Both the position numbers and the translations under genes were made by a program. The notes below the pieces were generated by a model. It was not told where the DNA came from. It made no database searches and saw nothing but the letters and a program-made list of their open reading frames with translations. From Epiperipatus broadwayi (lineage: Eukaryota > Animalia > Onychophora), in NCBI GenBank assembly GCA_028023455.1, contig JAQFVV010000007.1, positions 5,146,001-5,210,000 on the forward strand: a stretch of 64,000 bases of DNA, written 5' to 3'. Positions 1 through 11,037 of the stretch are shown one piece after another (positions within the stretch are counted from its first letter, which is position 1; every line of letters begins with the position of its first letter).

Positions 1-323
1 TAGAGGAATTGGCAATCCTCACTGTTTATAACTTACAAGCTTAAGAGATAGGTCATGTGATCTATGAAATGATCTATGACTTTTATTTTGACTATTTATA
101 GTCTTTGCCAAAAAGTCTTATGCAATTTTATATTGCTATGACTACTACTATGTGGCATGGCTGAAGATCTATCAGCCCCAAATAGCTATTTGAGTTGGAT
201 AGCTGGGTTTGAAGACATGTACATGTCTGAAAATTTCAGATTTTCCACTCAATAGATAACTTTTAGCTAAGTGCTTAGCTTTGGGTTGGTATTTTTAGAT
301 CTAGTGTCTGAACCTACCCTGAC

Positions 324-366
324 ACCTCTCTGAGGAGTGCCAAAGCATGAAACCATGGTCAGGGGT
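324..366 (+). ncRNA. Type I hammerhead ribozyme, array unit 1 (stem II closing pair G.U variant)
   Basis: ACCUCU-CUGAGGA-GUGC-CAAA-GCAU-GAAA-CCAUGG-UC/AGGGGU; predicted cleavage after 360 (GUC). Confidence 0.9.
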
Positions 367-758
367 TTGGGGAGGGGTTCCTGACAGAGATATTTTAAGT
401 GCTGGCTCTGGCTAAGCATTTATCATAAAGCTTGTAGAGGAATTGGCAATCCTCACTGTTTATAACTTACAAGCTTAAGAGATAGGGTCATGTGATCTAT
501 GAAATGATCTATGACTTTTATTTTGACTATTTATAGTCTTTGCCAAAAAGTCTTATGCAATTTTATATTGCTATGACTACTACTATGTGGCATGGCTGAA
601 GATCTATCAGCCCCATATAGCTATTTGAGTTTGATAGCTGGGTTTGAAGACATGTACATGTCTGAAAATTTCAGATTTTCCACTCAATAGATAACTTTTA
701 GCTAAGTGCTTAGCTTTGGGTTGGTATTTTTAGATCTAGTGTCTGAACCTACCCTGAC

Positions 759-808
759 ACCTCTCTGAGGAGTGCCAAAGCACGAAACCATGGAGCACAC
801 GGAAGGGT
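759..808 (+). ncRNA. Hammerhead, array unit 2, cleavage site destroyed
   Basis: Core, stem II and GAAA are intact, but TCAG at the GUC site is replaced by AGCACACGGAA (794-804). Confidence 0.85.
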
Positions 809-1200
809 TTGGGGAGGGGTTCCTGACAGAGATATTTTAAGTGCTGGCTCTGGCTAAGCATTTATCATAAAGCTTGTAGAGGAATTGGCAATCCTCACTG
901 TTTATAACTTACAAGCTTAAGAGATAGGGTCATGTGATCTATGAAATGATCTATGACTTTTATTTTGACTATTTATAGTCTTTGCCAAAAAGTCTTATGC
1001 AATTTTATATTGCTATGACTACTACTATGTGGCATGGCTGAAGATCTATCAGCCCCATATAGCTATTTGAGTTGGATAGCTGGGTTTGAAGACATGTACA
1101 TGTCTGAAAATTTCAGATTTTCCACTCAATAGATAACTTTTAGCTAAGTGCTTAGCTTTGGGTTGGTATTTTTAGATCTAGTGTCTGAACCTACCCTGAC

Positions 1201-1243
1201 ACCTCTCTGAGGAGTGCCAAAGCACGAAACCATGGTCAGGGGT
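1201..1243 (+). ncRNA. Type I hammerhead ribozyme, array unit 3 (consensus)
   Basis: ACCUCU-CUGAGGA-GUGC-CAAA-GCAC-GAAA-CCAUGG-UC/AGGGGU. Stem I has 6 bp, stem II has 4 bp closed by G-C, and stem III is the palindrome ACCAUGGU. Cleavage after 1237. Confidence 0.93.
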
Positions 1244-1635
1244 TTGGGGAGGGGTTCCTGACAGAGATATTTTAAGTGCTGGCTCTGGCTAAGCATTTAT
1301 CATAAAGCTTGTAGAGGAATTGGCAATCCTCACTGTTTATAACTTACAAGCTTAAGAGATAGGGTCATGTGATCTATGAAATGATCTATGACTTTTATTT
1401 TGACTATTTATAGTCTTTGCCAAAAAGTCTTATGCAATTTTATATTGCTATGACTACTACTATGTGGCATGGCTGAAGATCTATCAGCCCCATATAGCTA
1501 TTTGAGTTGGATAGCTGGGTTTGAAGACATGTACATGTCTGAAAATTTCAGATTTTCCACTCAATAGATAACTTTTAGCTAAGTGCTTAGCTTTGGGTTG
1601 GTATTTTTAGATCTAGTGTCTGAACCTACCCTGAC

Positions 1636-1678
1636 ACCTCTCTGAGGAGTGCCAAAGCACGAAACCATGGTCAGGGGT
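1636..1678 (+). ncRNA. Type I hammerhead ribozyme, array unit 4
   Basis: Identical to unit 3; cleavage after 1672. Confidence 0.93.
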
Positions 1679-2070
1679 TTGGGGAGGGGTTCCTGACAGA
1701 GATATTTTAAGTGCTGGCTCTGGCTAAGCATTTATCATAAAGCTTGTAGAGGAATTGGCAATCCTCACTGTTTATAACTTACAAGCTTAAGAGATAGGGT
1801 CATGTGATCTATGAAATGATCTATGACTTTTATTTTGACTATTTATAGTCTTTGCCAAAAAGTCTTATGCAATTTTATATTGCTATGACTACTACTATGT
1901 GGCATGGCTGAAGATCTATCAGCCCCATATAGCTATTTGAGTTGGATAGCTGGGTTTGAAGACATGTACATGTCTGAAAATTTCAGATTTTCCACTCAAT
2001 AGATAACTTTTAGCTAAGTGCTTAGCTTTGGGTTGGTATTTTTAGATCTAGTGTCTGAACCTACCCTGAC

Positions 2071-2113
2071 ACCTCTCTGAGGAGTGCCAAAGCATGAAAC
2101 CATGGTCAGGGGT
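2071..2113 (+). ncRNA. Type I hammerhead ribozyme, array unit 5 (G.U variant)
   Basis: As unit 3 but GCAU-GAAA; cleavage after 2107. Confidence 0.9.
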
Positions 2114-2490
2114 TTGGGGAGGGGTTCCTGACAGAGATATTTTAAGTGCTGGCTCTGGCTAAGCATTTATCATAAAGCTTGTAGAGGAATTGGCAATCCT
2201 CACTGTTTATAACTTACAAGCTTAAGAGATAGGGTCATGTGATCTATGAAATGATCTATGACTTTTATTTTGATTATTTATAGTCTTTGCCAAAAAGTCT
2301 TATGCAATTTTATATTGCTATGACTACTACTATGTGGCATGGCTGAAGATCTATCAGCCCCATATAGCTATTTGAGTTGGATAGCTGGGTTTGAAGACAT
2401 GTACATGTCTGAAAATTTCAGATTTTCCACTCAATAGATAACTTTTAGCTAAGTGCTTAGCTTTGGGTTGGTATTTTTAGATCTAGATCT

Positions 2491-2513
2491 AGCACGAAAC
2501 CATGGTCAGGGGT
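2491..2513 (+). ncRNA. Half hammerhead, array unit 6 (5' half deleted)
   Basis: A net 35-bp loss removes stem I 5', CUGAGGA and stem II 5' and duplicates ATCTAG. GCACGAAACCAUGGUC/AGGGGU remains. Confidence 0.85.
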
Positions 2514-2905
2514 TTGGGGAGGGGTTCCTGACAGAGATATTTTAAGTTCTGGCTCTGGCTAAGCATTTATCATAAAGCTTGTAGAGGAATTGGCAATCCT
2601 CACTGTTTATAACTTACAAGCTTAAGAGATAGGGTCATGTGATCTATGAATTGATCTATGACTTTTATTTTGACTATTTATAGTCTCTGCCAAAAAGTCT
2701 TATGCAATTTTATATTGCTATGACTACTACTATGTGGCATGGCTGAAGATCTATCAGCCCCATATAGCTATTTGAGTTGGATAGCTGGGTTTGAAGACAT
2801 GTACATGTCTGAAAATTTCAGATTTTCCACTCAATAGATAACTTTTAGCTAAGTGCTTAGCTTTGGGTTGGTATTTTTAGATCTAGTGTCTGAACCTACC
2901 CTGAC

Positions 2906-2948
2906 ACCTCTCTGAGGAGTGCCAAAGCACGAAACCATGGTCAGGGGT
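2906..2948 (+). ncRNA. Type I hammerhead ribozyme, array unit 7
   Basis: Consensus motif; cleavage after 2942. Confidence 0.93.
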
Positions 2949-3340
2949 TTGGGGAGGGGTTCCTGACAGAGATATTTTAAGTGCTGGCTCTGGCTAAGCA
3001 TTTATCATAAAGCTTGTAGAGGAATTGGCAATCCTCACTGTTTATAACTTACAAGCTTAAGAGATAGGGTCATGTGATCTATGAAATGATCTATGACTTT
3101 TATTTTGACTATTTATAGTCTCTGCCAAAAAGTCTTATGCAATTTTATATTGCTATGACTACTACTATGTGGCATGGCTGAAGATCTATCAGCCCCATAT
3201 AGCTATTTGAGTTGGATAGCTGGGTTTGAAGACATGTACATGTCTGAAAATTTCAGATTTTCCACTCAATAGATAACTTTTAGCTAAGTGCTTAGCTTTG
3301 GGTTGGTATTTTTAGATCTAGTGTCTGAACCTACCCTGAC

Positions 3341-3383
3341 ACCTCTCTGAGGAGTGCCAAAGCACGAAACCATGGTCAGGGGT
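3341..3383 (+). ncRNA. Type I hammerhead ribozyme, array unit 8
   Basis: Consensus motif; cleavage after 3377. Confidence 0.93.
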
Positions 3384-3769
3384 TTGGGGAGGGGTTCCTG
3401 ACAGAGATATTTTAAGTGCTGGCTCTGGCTAAGCATTTATCATAAAGCTTGTAGAGGAATTGGCAATCCTCACTGTTTATAACTTACAAGCTTAAGAGAT
3501 AGGGTCATGTGATCTATGAAATGATCTATGACTTTTATTTTGACTATTTATAGTCTTTGCCAAAAAGTCTTATGCAATTTTATATTGCTATGACTACTAC
3601 TATGTGGCATGGCTGAAGATCTATCAGCCCCATATAGCTATTTGAGTTGGATAGCTGGGTTTGAAGACATGTCTGAAAATTTCAGATTTTCCACTCAATA
3701 GATAACTTTTAGCTAAGTGCTTAGCTTTGGGTTGGTATTTTTAGATCTAGTGTCTGAACCTACCCTGAC

Positions 3770-3812
3770 ACCTCTCTGAGGAGTGCCAAAGCACGAAACC
3801 ATGGTCAGGGGT
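3770..3812 (+). ncRNA. Type I hammerhead ribozyme, array unit 9
   Basis: Consensus motif; cleavage after 3806. Confidence 0.93.
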
Positions 3813-6800
3813 TTGGGGAGGGGTTCCTGACAGAGATATTTTAAGTGCTGGCTCTGGCTAAGCATTTATCATAAAGCTTGTAGAGGAATTGGCAATCCTC
3901 ACTGTTTATAACTTACAAGCTTAAGAGATAGGGTCATGTGATCTATGAAATGATCTATGACTTTTATTTTGATTATTATCGCATATTTTGTAGAAATTAT
4001 TAGTAAAATAAAAAATTATCTATTGAAGATTAATAGAAGTTATTTATTGAAAGACCATATAAGAAGACTGCTTAAATATATATGTATTGTACCGGTCAAC
4101 TTCTTATTTCATTAATATGAGCATACACACAAATCAAACATGAAAAGAAATATGGCGACATGCTGGAATAAGGAGAAATTTAAATACTTTACCATAATGT
4201 TATTACAGATTCAGAAGATACTTATAAAAAGATTGATTCTTACATATCTTTGGGGGATGTCTCTAAATCAACCCTCGCGCCACTCCCAGAAGAAAAATTA
4301 ATTCTCCTCTTGAAAGGATATGCAAGTTCAACTATCATGGAGCATATATGAATATAAATAATTATTCAAACAAAACTAATAAACAAGTATCCTCGTGATA
4401 AATAAAGATCTAAGACCAGGTAAGATGATTTCCCATTTGCTAGCTCAGCGTACTCTATTTTCAGTTAAAAGAATGGGGATCGAAAAACTTGCATAATTAA
4501 TTAATAATATAGTTAAGAGAAAGTAAATGACAAAAAGAATAAATATATATATATATATGGCGATGGTCATTTTAAAATTATAATATAAATATTTTATTAA
4601 CCCATCACCCCATACCATTTATAATATGAATACAAAATTAATATTTCCAGATTGATTAAATATACGAAACAAATATTACACACTATATAAATCATTTTAA
4701 CAAACAAAACTATAATTGTAAAGAAATACTCGTCAAAGCAATCATTAAACTAAATAAAGGAAAATTTCTTTCTTAATAAGAAAAATGAATTAAATAATTA
4801 TACATGAGAGATAGTGATCTGTGGATTATAAACACACACACGTGAATTAAGCAAATAAGGAAAAATTAACAAGTTACATACAGGTGTGTTTATGTACGTA
4901 TTATGTACATCAGATATATATTTAGGAAATGCATATTAAATTTGAATAGAATAAATATACAAAAAAATAGTATACCCGATAAAGTCTATAAATCTACTGT
5001 AGCAAGGGCTGGACTTGACTGTGGCACAAGTTCATAGAATTGATCATCATCACTTTGGTGTTTAAATCTCGGTGTTTACATTCTATTGGGATGGCAGGAG
5101 CGGAGCTGGACAAGGGTGCTGAAGTGGGCTTCTACCCCATAATCATTCTATATGCAGGAAAGTGCTTGATTTGCATCTTTAGGCTGGACAACGGATATTA
5201 CACAGTATAAACAGTCTTTTTTTGTTTTACGGATTCTATGTTGATTACAGGCTTTAAGGGCATCTTGCAATTAAGCTTCCATTGGTATCAACTGAGTATA
5301 TGGTAGAATAAACATCTGTCCATCATTTAGTTTTCCATTAGTTGGCTAGATAACCGACGTTACTCTACACCACTTAATCGTCCGATGTTTAAATCGTCGA
5401 CTACGGACCGGTTAACTGTCAAATGATTATTTGAATGACTGCATGAATTAGTGTCCGTTGATTTAGAATGACAATGAATTTTTAATTAGAGTAAATCCCC
5501 ATGGATTAGGGTTAAGCAGAATTAGCATGCTTGCTCAAAAGGTTGCAAGACTTCATGTGGTTCCGTTAACAGCATTAGCTTAACAATAAAGTTAGACTTA
5601 GACTCCTAATAAGATTTGTCTTTGAAGAACAAAAATGAACTGCCTTCTCGCAACTTCAGAACTATCTCTCCAATTCTCTTTCAACTTGGGTATCCCCTCC
5701 AAGAAAGAAAAATCAATTAATTAAATCTTTTTTTGTTTTTTCTAATTAGTTTAGACGATTCATGAAACATTCCAATGCAATCACCTAAGTGCTTTAAGAA
5801 TTTGATTTCCAATTAGTTTTTTTTATATCTCCATTCAGATCACAATATCACTAATGAAAATTTTAATAAATGATAACATCTTTTTTATTTTGCTTTAGTA
5901 ATTACATTATCACAATCAAATTTTTTTAAAAAAAATATTTCACTTAAATTGGACATTCCTCTCTCCCAGCATTATCGCAAGTTTAATCAAGTTTTTTTTG
6001 TCCAGTTGAAATTATTTTAGAATGGACAGGAAATCAGAATGCCTTTAGGCTTATCTTAAATTTAAGACAATGACACCCCTCTCTTGCTCAAATGCAACAG
6101 AAGAGAAAAACAACTATTAAAATCTCAATTTTGAAATTAATTTTTAACTTATTTTTAAATAGTATTTCAAATTTTCCTTTTTACATTGGTTGTAAACATT
6201 CAAAAAGTAAATAAATACAGAATAACAATTTGCTAAATAAATGCTGTTTCTTTAACAAACAAAAAATATTTAAAATTATAAATACATTTTGGCGTTTATC
6301 TTTCTTTTTTTTAAAAAAAAACAAAAATCAAAAATACATATTTCTTAGCCTTTAAATATTGGCTTTAATCATATATGTGTGTGAGTTGATGTTATATCCA
6401 CAGTTCTCTTTTAATTTATAATAAGTTTGATTATAATATATAGTATACCCCCCATTTAATGGCTTTTTACATATTTTCGGCCATTAATTTGTTTAACATT
6501 ATCTTGTGCTTGGCCACATCAAATGTGCTTGGCACAATATACATATATATAATGCATACAGTACCTGTGACCATGTGTGAGTAGTTATCCATTTGCTTCC
6601 CCACAGTCATCAGCCAGTAGGTATTCAGAAGTTTCATCACTTATAACCACCACCTGTTTATAAGCCATTCAATAGTCTGCTAGAAAGGAATTTTGAAAGC
6701 ATCCATCATCCAGCTGGAAATATTAATTACATAAATTTTATATTTACGCAGTTTTAATCTACTAAATCTTATTTAATATTTTATATGTTGAGGTTTTGCT

Positions 6801-7139
6801 AGCTTTAAATATTTGACCCAACTATTATTAATTTTTTTTTTTTTGTATTTTATCTTATTTATGTTCACTTGAATGATGGAGGGAGTTAAAATTAAATACA
6901 GAGTTGTTTATGCCCCCCCCCCCCATTTTTAATGTTGCCCTGGAATGATGTGAGTTTGGGAAGATGCTCAGTTTTAAAACTCTGAAAGCATTGAAATAAA
7001 TTTTAAATAGATTTCTTTTTTTATCACTATATCCCCCCATCATGTCTAGTAAAATTTCATGATTACATTTGTGAGAAATCATATTTTCTATTACTGAAGA
7101 ATGGTGAGTCCTTAGAATTTAATTAGATATGTAATATTT

Positions 7140-7265
7140 AGAAATTGTATTTGCCTATTATGCTTAATCTAAATGTCAGTTTATACTTAAATTTATGAGT
7201 ATAGAAATTGTATTTGCCTATTATGCTTAATCTAAATGTCAGTTTATACTTAAATTTATGAGTAA
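7140..7265. repeat. 63-bp tandem duplication
   Basis: AGAAATTGTATTTGCC...TTTATGAGTA starts at 7140 and again at 7203. Confidence 0.9.
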
Positions 7266-8599
7266 AGAAACATACATGTAAACATATTATACCAATCACC
7301 TTACCTCATGCAATAAAATAAAGATGATCCTATTTATAATTTCAATTCTATATTTATGAATGGAAAAAGAAATTTTAATAATTCATCAGCATTATCATTG
7401 AGAGTCTATTGCATGAAGGTAATATTGTAATATCTAAATATCTGGACCATATTACCTATATATGCTATGTGATATGTAAATTAAAACACTCTTTGTCTAT
7501 AGGTAATGTAAACACAAACCTTAATCTATGTCACATTATGAGTGATAATAGCCCTTCCCTATATATATTTTATATGGTATTAAAAACATTAAGTTAAAAT
7601 TTATTAATGAATATTATTTGTGAGCAGTTGATGAGTTTACTCTAACTCTTTGTAAATATCTAGGGAAACATTAGTTAATAAAAATAAATTCATGGATATT
7701 TTGTAGTGCAGGTAGAAGGTTTATCTTATTATTATGCTTATAAATTTTGAAATCCTGCTCTTTGGCTTTGCTGTTTTGGTTTATCATCATTATACCTTTG
7801 TTACCACTGTATATCTTGTATGGTTCATGCTTCATGTATCAAACTGCATAAGGGCAGACAAGACACTGCATGCCTGACTTCCTAATCCATGTAATAGCAC
7901 CTGTCTAGGTTCCGCAGGGAGCTGGAGACTTCTTGTGGTCATAAATCCTAGATTTAGCACATCTTCACTCTCTCCTCTAGAATGTGCCCGTGGTCAGAAG
8001 TTGATACATCTCTGGGGCCAGGGACATCTATTCTTAGTGGTGAACAATACCATTTGATCACCAAGCCAATCTTAAACCTTATCAGTACTCAGTATGACCA
8101 TGTTCAGTGATTATAGTGAGAGTAGTATAGCAATATTTAAATAATACCTTTACTTTAACCTTCACCTACATGTGCGACCCCTGGATGACTGGAGAATCAA
8201 ACTTATGCACAGTGGCTCTTGTCATAATACACTTCAATTAATTAGAATCTTAAAAGTCATGATTACTGATAGTTGGGCACACACTAATATATAAACTGCC
8301 ATTACTTCTGTCCATAATAATGTAAAGGTCAGTGAAATTATTTTATTAAGCTAACATGTAAGCTACCTATTCATTATATTCAACCCTAATACATTTTTAT
8401 TATGATGATTAATTAGGAGTGTATTTTCTATATGTTAAAACCATAATATAACAATAGAATTAAGTATATTGTTAAATATTAACAATGGGCATTCTGAGTT
8501 TTGAACCCACTTCATAAAAAGTCATGTCTAATCATGTCAATAAAATTAATATTCAAAGTCTGATTTAATTGTATACCTAAATAGGGTTATGATTAATAA

Positions 8600-9443
8600 T
8601 GTAATCTCAATGTGTATAATTATGTGCTAAGGCTCACTGATCCTGAGTCAATAGAAGAACCCTGAGAGAGTTTCTGTATGTACCCTGAGCTAAGTCATGC
8701 TGTATGAAGAAGGGAAGCTGTGTGACAAAGATGTTAATTAGGTAGTTGAGACTAGGAAGTCTAGGTAGGGGGGTTAAACTAACCCTGTGCCTGCTGGTTG
8801 AGAGTTTCTGCATGGTCTTTTAGTTTTGTTGACTGATTGTACAATCTTGACCATTACAGAGTTTTTTTTACACAACATGACATGACCAATATAAGGCATT
8901 GAACCACCTTCACACAGATTGGAGGATACCTAAGGACCAACCAGAGGAAAAAGAAAGATGTTGTGCAGATGCAGGAAATTGGAAATTTGCTTTCATGCAA
9001 CCCTGAAAGCACTCTCAAGTAAAACAAAAAGGGAGAGATTTTAATTTTTTTCCTTTGGGCATTTTATACAGAAATCTAATGTTATTATGTATTTGTGTAT
9101 GCCTGTCATTAGCACACCAGGGTGAAATTTTTTTTTTGGGTGATAGGAGTAATTCCTAAAAGCTTATAAAATTACTATTAAAACCTGAAAAGAGTTTAGG
9201 TTAAAACTATGGATGAGCTCAAACTTTTCTTTTGTTGGCTTCTTCTCAGTTCCAATTTTCAATAAGAATATAAGGAGTGGATAGCAAGTTAATGAGTGTG
9301 GAAATGAGGCACAAGTGGGGACAATCACAATATTGTAAATAACCTCTATAATTTCTTTGCAGATGGGATAAGTGGTCATAGCAGCACACACACAGAGAAT
9401 GATTACATACAAACATAAGTGATAGCAGACATAATACTACTAC

Positions 9444-9478
<35 letters not shown>

Positions 9479-10520
9479 TGATGATGATGATGATGATAAT
9501 GATGATAAAAAAGATAGAGCTGGAATTTTTTTTCAGAATAATTAAAGTGCGAAGATGGAACATGATGCTGAGAAGGATGGCTGAGGGAAGCAGACCATTC
9601 CATGAAATTTTTATCATAAAACCAATAATGGAGTACAATGACTCAAGAAATGTTTAAAAGTCCAGGGAAATTTGAACACAGCAATGATGAGAAGGCACAG
9701 AAAAACAAAGTTATAGAGGAAAGGTTATGGAAGTGGGAAGAGAGGCTGGAGATCATTGATAACATTTTATTGGAAATAAGAAGCACCCAAGAGAGAATAC
9801 AAGGAGACAAAGATAGAGACAGTGGAGAGTGAGGGAACCAGCTGGAAAATGATTCAAAAGTAGTTATGCAGACAGAAGGAGCTTGAGAGGATCTGTCAAT
9901 TAAAGAGAAAAGTATAGAAATTAACTGACAGATTACAATCCTGGCAATGCAAATAAACCATTGGAGGAAGTGATCAGAGCCCTTGAGAAAATGGAAATGC
10001 CAATCATCATCATGGAAGATACCTGGAGGCATACATGGCTTAATAGATCACTGACAGCAAGAGTCATCTAGATTAAAGCTTTTTAAAGGGACATTGGAGA
10101 GACATCCATGCAGTACATCAGCAGCCTGGAAGTTATTTCAAGGTTGCATCATGAGTAACAATGAACAAGTAACAGTGACCATTAACAATTTAGGAACAGT
10201 GGTGACAGATTAGTGGGGGAGCATGTATTGACAACCCCAAATATAACAGTACAAAGTGGCAATTATAAAGGCATTGTGGAGCTAGGAAAGATGGGATCTT
10301 GGATCACATCTCACAAGAAAAATACAACAGAGATGGGTCAGAGACCCAAACCCAATTCTTCCTAAGCCAGGTGGCATGCCTGAGAGAATTAACAGCATTC
10401 CCAATGACAGACCAGCAGATCATCCAAAATATTAGGTATAATTTACCACTAGCAACCCAGCATATTATGTTTAGCAATCAGGGCTACAATGTTAGCAACA
10501 TTACTGCATGGAGAGTTTTT
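8600..10520 (+). mobile_element. Probable decayed LTR retrotransposon 5' part (LTR 8600-8858, leader, gag-like remnants)
   Basis: TGTAAT...ATTACA inverted ends with no TSD, followed by a possible decayed PBS and then interrupted coiled-coil/gag-like frames (ORFs 9638-9832 and 10299-10541). No diagnostic pol motif was seen. Confidence 0.35.
9431..9506. repeat. Compound trinucleotide microsatellite (TAC)n(TAA)n(TGA)n
   Basis: Read directly; it explains the poly-I/H/Y/M ORFs at 9246-9657. Confidence 0.95.
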
Positions 10521-10614
10521 CCAGTTTTTATATATAAATAATTTGATATTTCTTTTTATTTTTGAAAATAATCATTTTATTAGAAATACAATATAATGCA
10601 TACATTCTATATAA

Positions 10615-11037
10615 TTAACAGGCAAAATTCACCATACATTAGTGCCACTCAGTGCCAGCCAGAGTAATCAATGGATGCCAGAAGGTTTGTGCATAAAATC
10701 CCCATCTAGTTCCTACTCATCCAATATCCCCAGACCAGTTTCTGGCTTGTGGCCATCATCAATGAGGAGCCTTGGATCTGAGAGCACTGCACCTAGATCT
10801 TAGGATCTAATGCAACCCTCCAGAAGCCACCTTTTATCTCTACTTAACAATAAAACTATGAGAATAAAATTGAAAGCACAATAATATTTTCAATCTAAGC
10901 TCAATAGCTTATATAGTCATATGGGTCTGAACTCAATTCAATACCCATATATTTTGGTGTCTTTGGCTCTTTAACAGCCATAGCCACCACTATCCTATTG
11001 GGCAGGATTGGAGTTTTGCCTGTTAATAACAGTTATG
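10615..11037 (-). mobile_element. Family-2 hammerhead element, copy A, with inverted terminal fragment
   Basis: Body aligns to the copies at 28.9, 29.4 and 63.2 kb; inverted GAGTTTTGCCTGTTAATAACAGTTATG at 11011-11037. Confidence 0.85.
10725..10768 (-). ncRNA. Type I hammerhead, family 2 copy A (C3U)
   Basis: UCCUCA-UUGAUGA-UGGC-CACAA-GCCA-GAAA-CUGG-UC/UGGGGA. Confidence 0.75.

Larger units (their letters stand above)
1..3977 (+). repeat. Tandem array of a 435-bp non-coding hammerhead-containing unit (retrozyme-like); 9 full units plus a partial 10th; probably continues left of the window
   Basis: Unit start TAGAGGAATTGG recurs at 1, 435, 877, 1312, 1747, 2182, 2582, 3017, 3452 and 3881 (periods 434, 442, 435, 435, 435, 400, 435, 435, 429). 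Units differ by only a few substitutions and indels. No ORF is listed in the track. Confidence 0.97.

Noticed and set aside
167-180. CTGAAGA inside each array unit as a second hammerhead core
   Set aside because: No stem II/GAAA follows; it is part of the GGCTGA...TCAGCC hairpin.
1-3977. Array as a CRISPR locus or plain satellite
   Set aside because: There are no unique spacers, the unit is 435 bp, the context is eukaryotic, and each unit contains a hammerhead.
4997-5700. GC-richer block starting TGTAGCA as an LTR
   Set aside because: No matching opposite end, PBS/PPT or TSD was found; left unassigned.
8170-8300. MITDSWAH as a Merlin-like fragment
   Set aside because: Only one short motif and no supporting flanking blocks.
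9164-9657. Long ORFs with poly-I, poly-H/Y and poly-M tracts
   Set aside because: Artefacts of the trinucleotide microsatellite.
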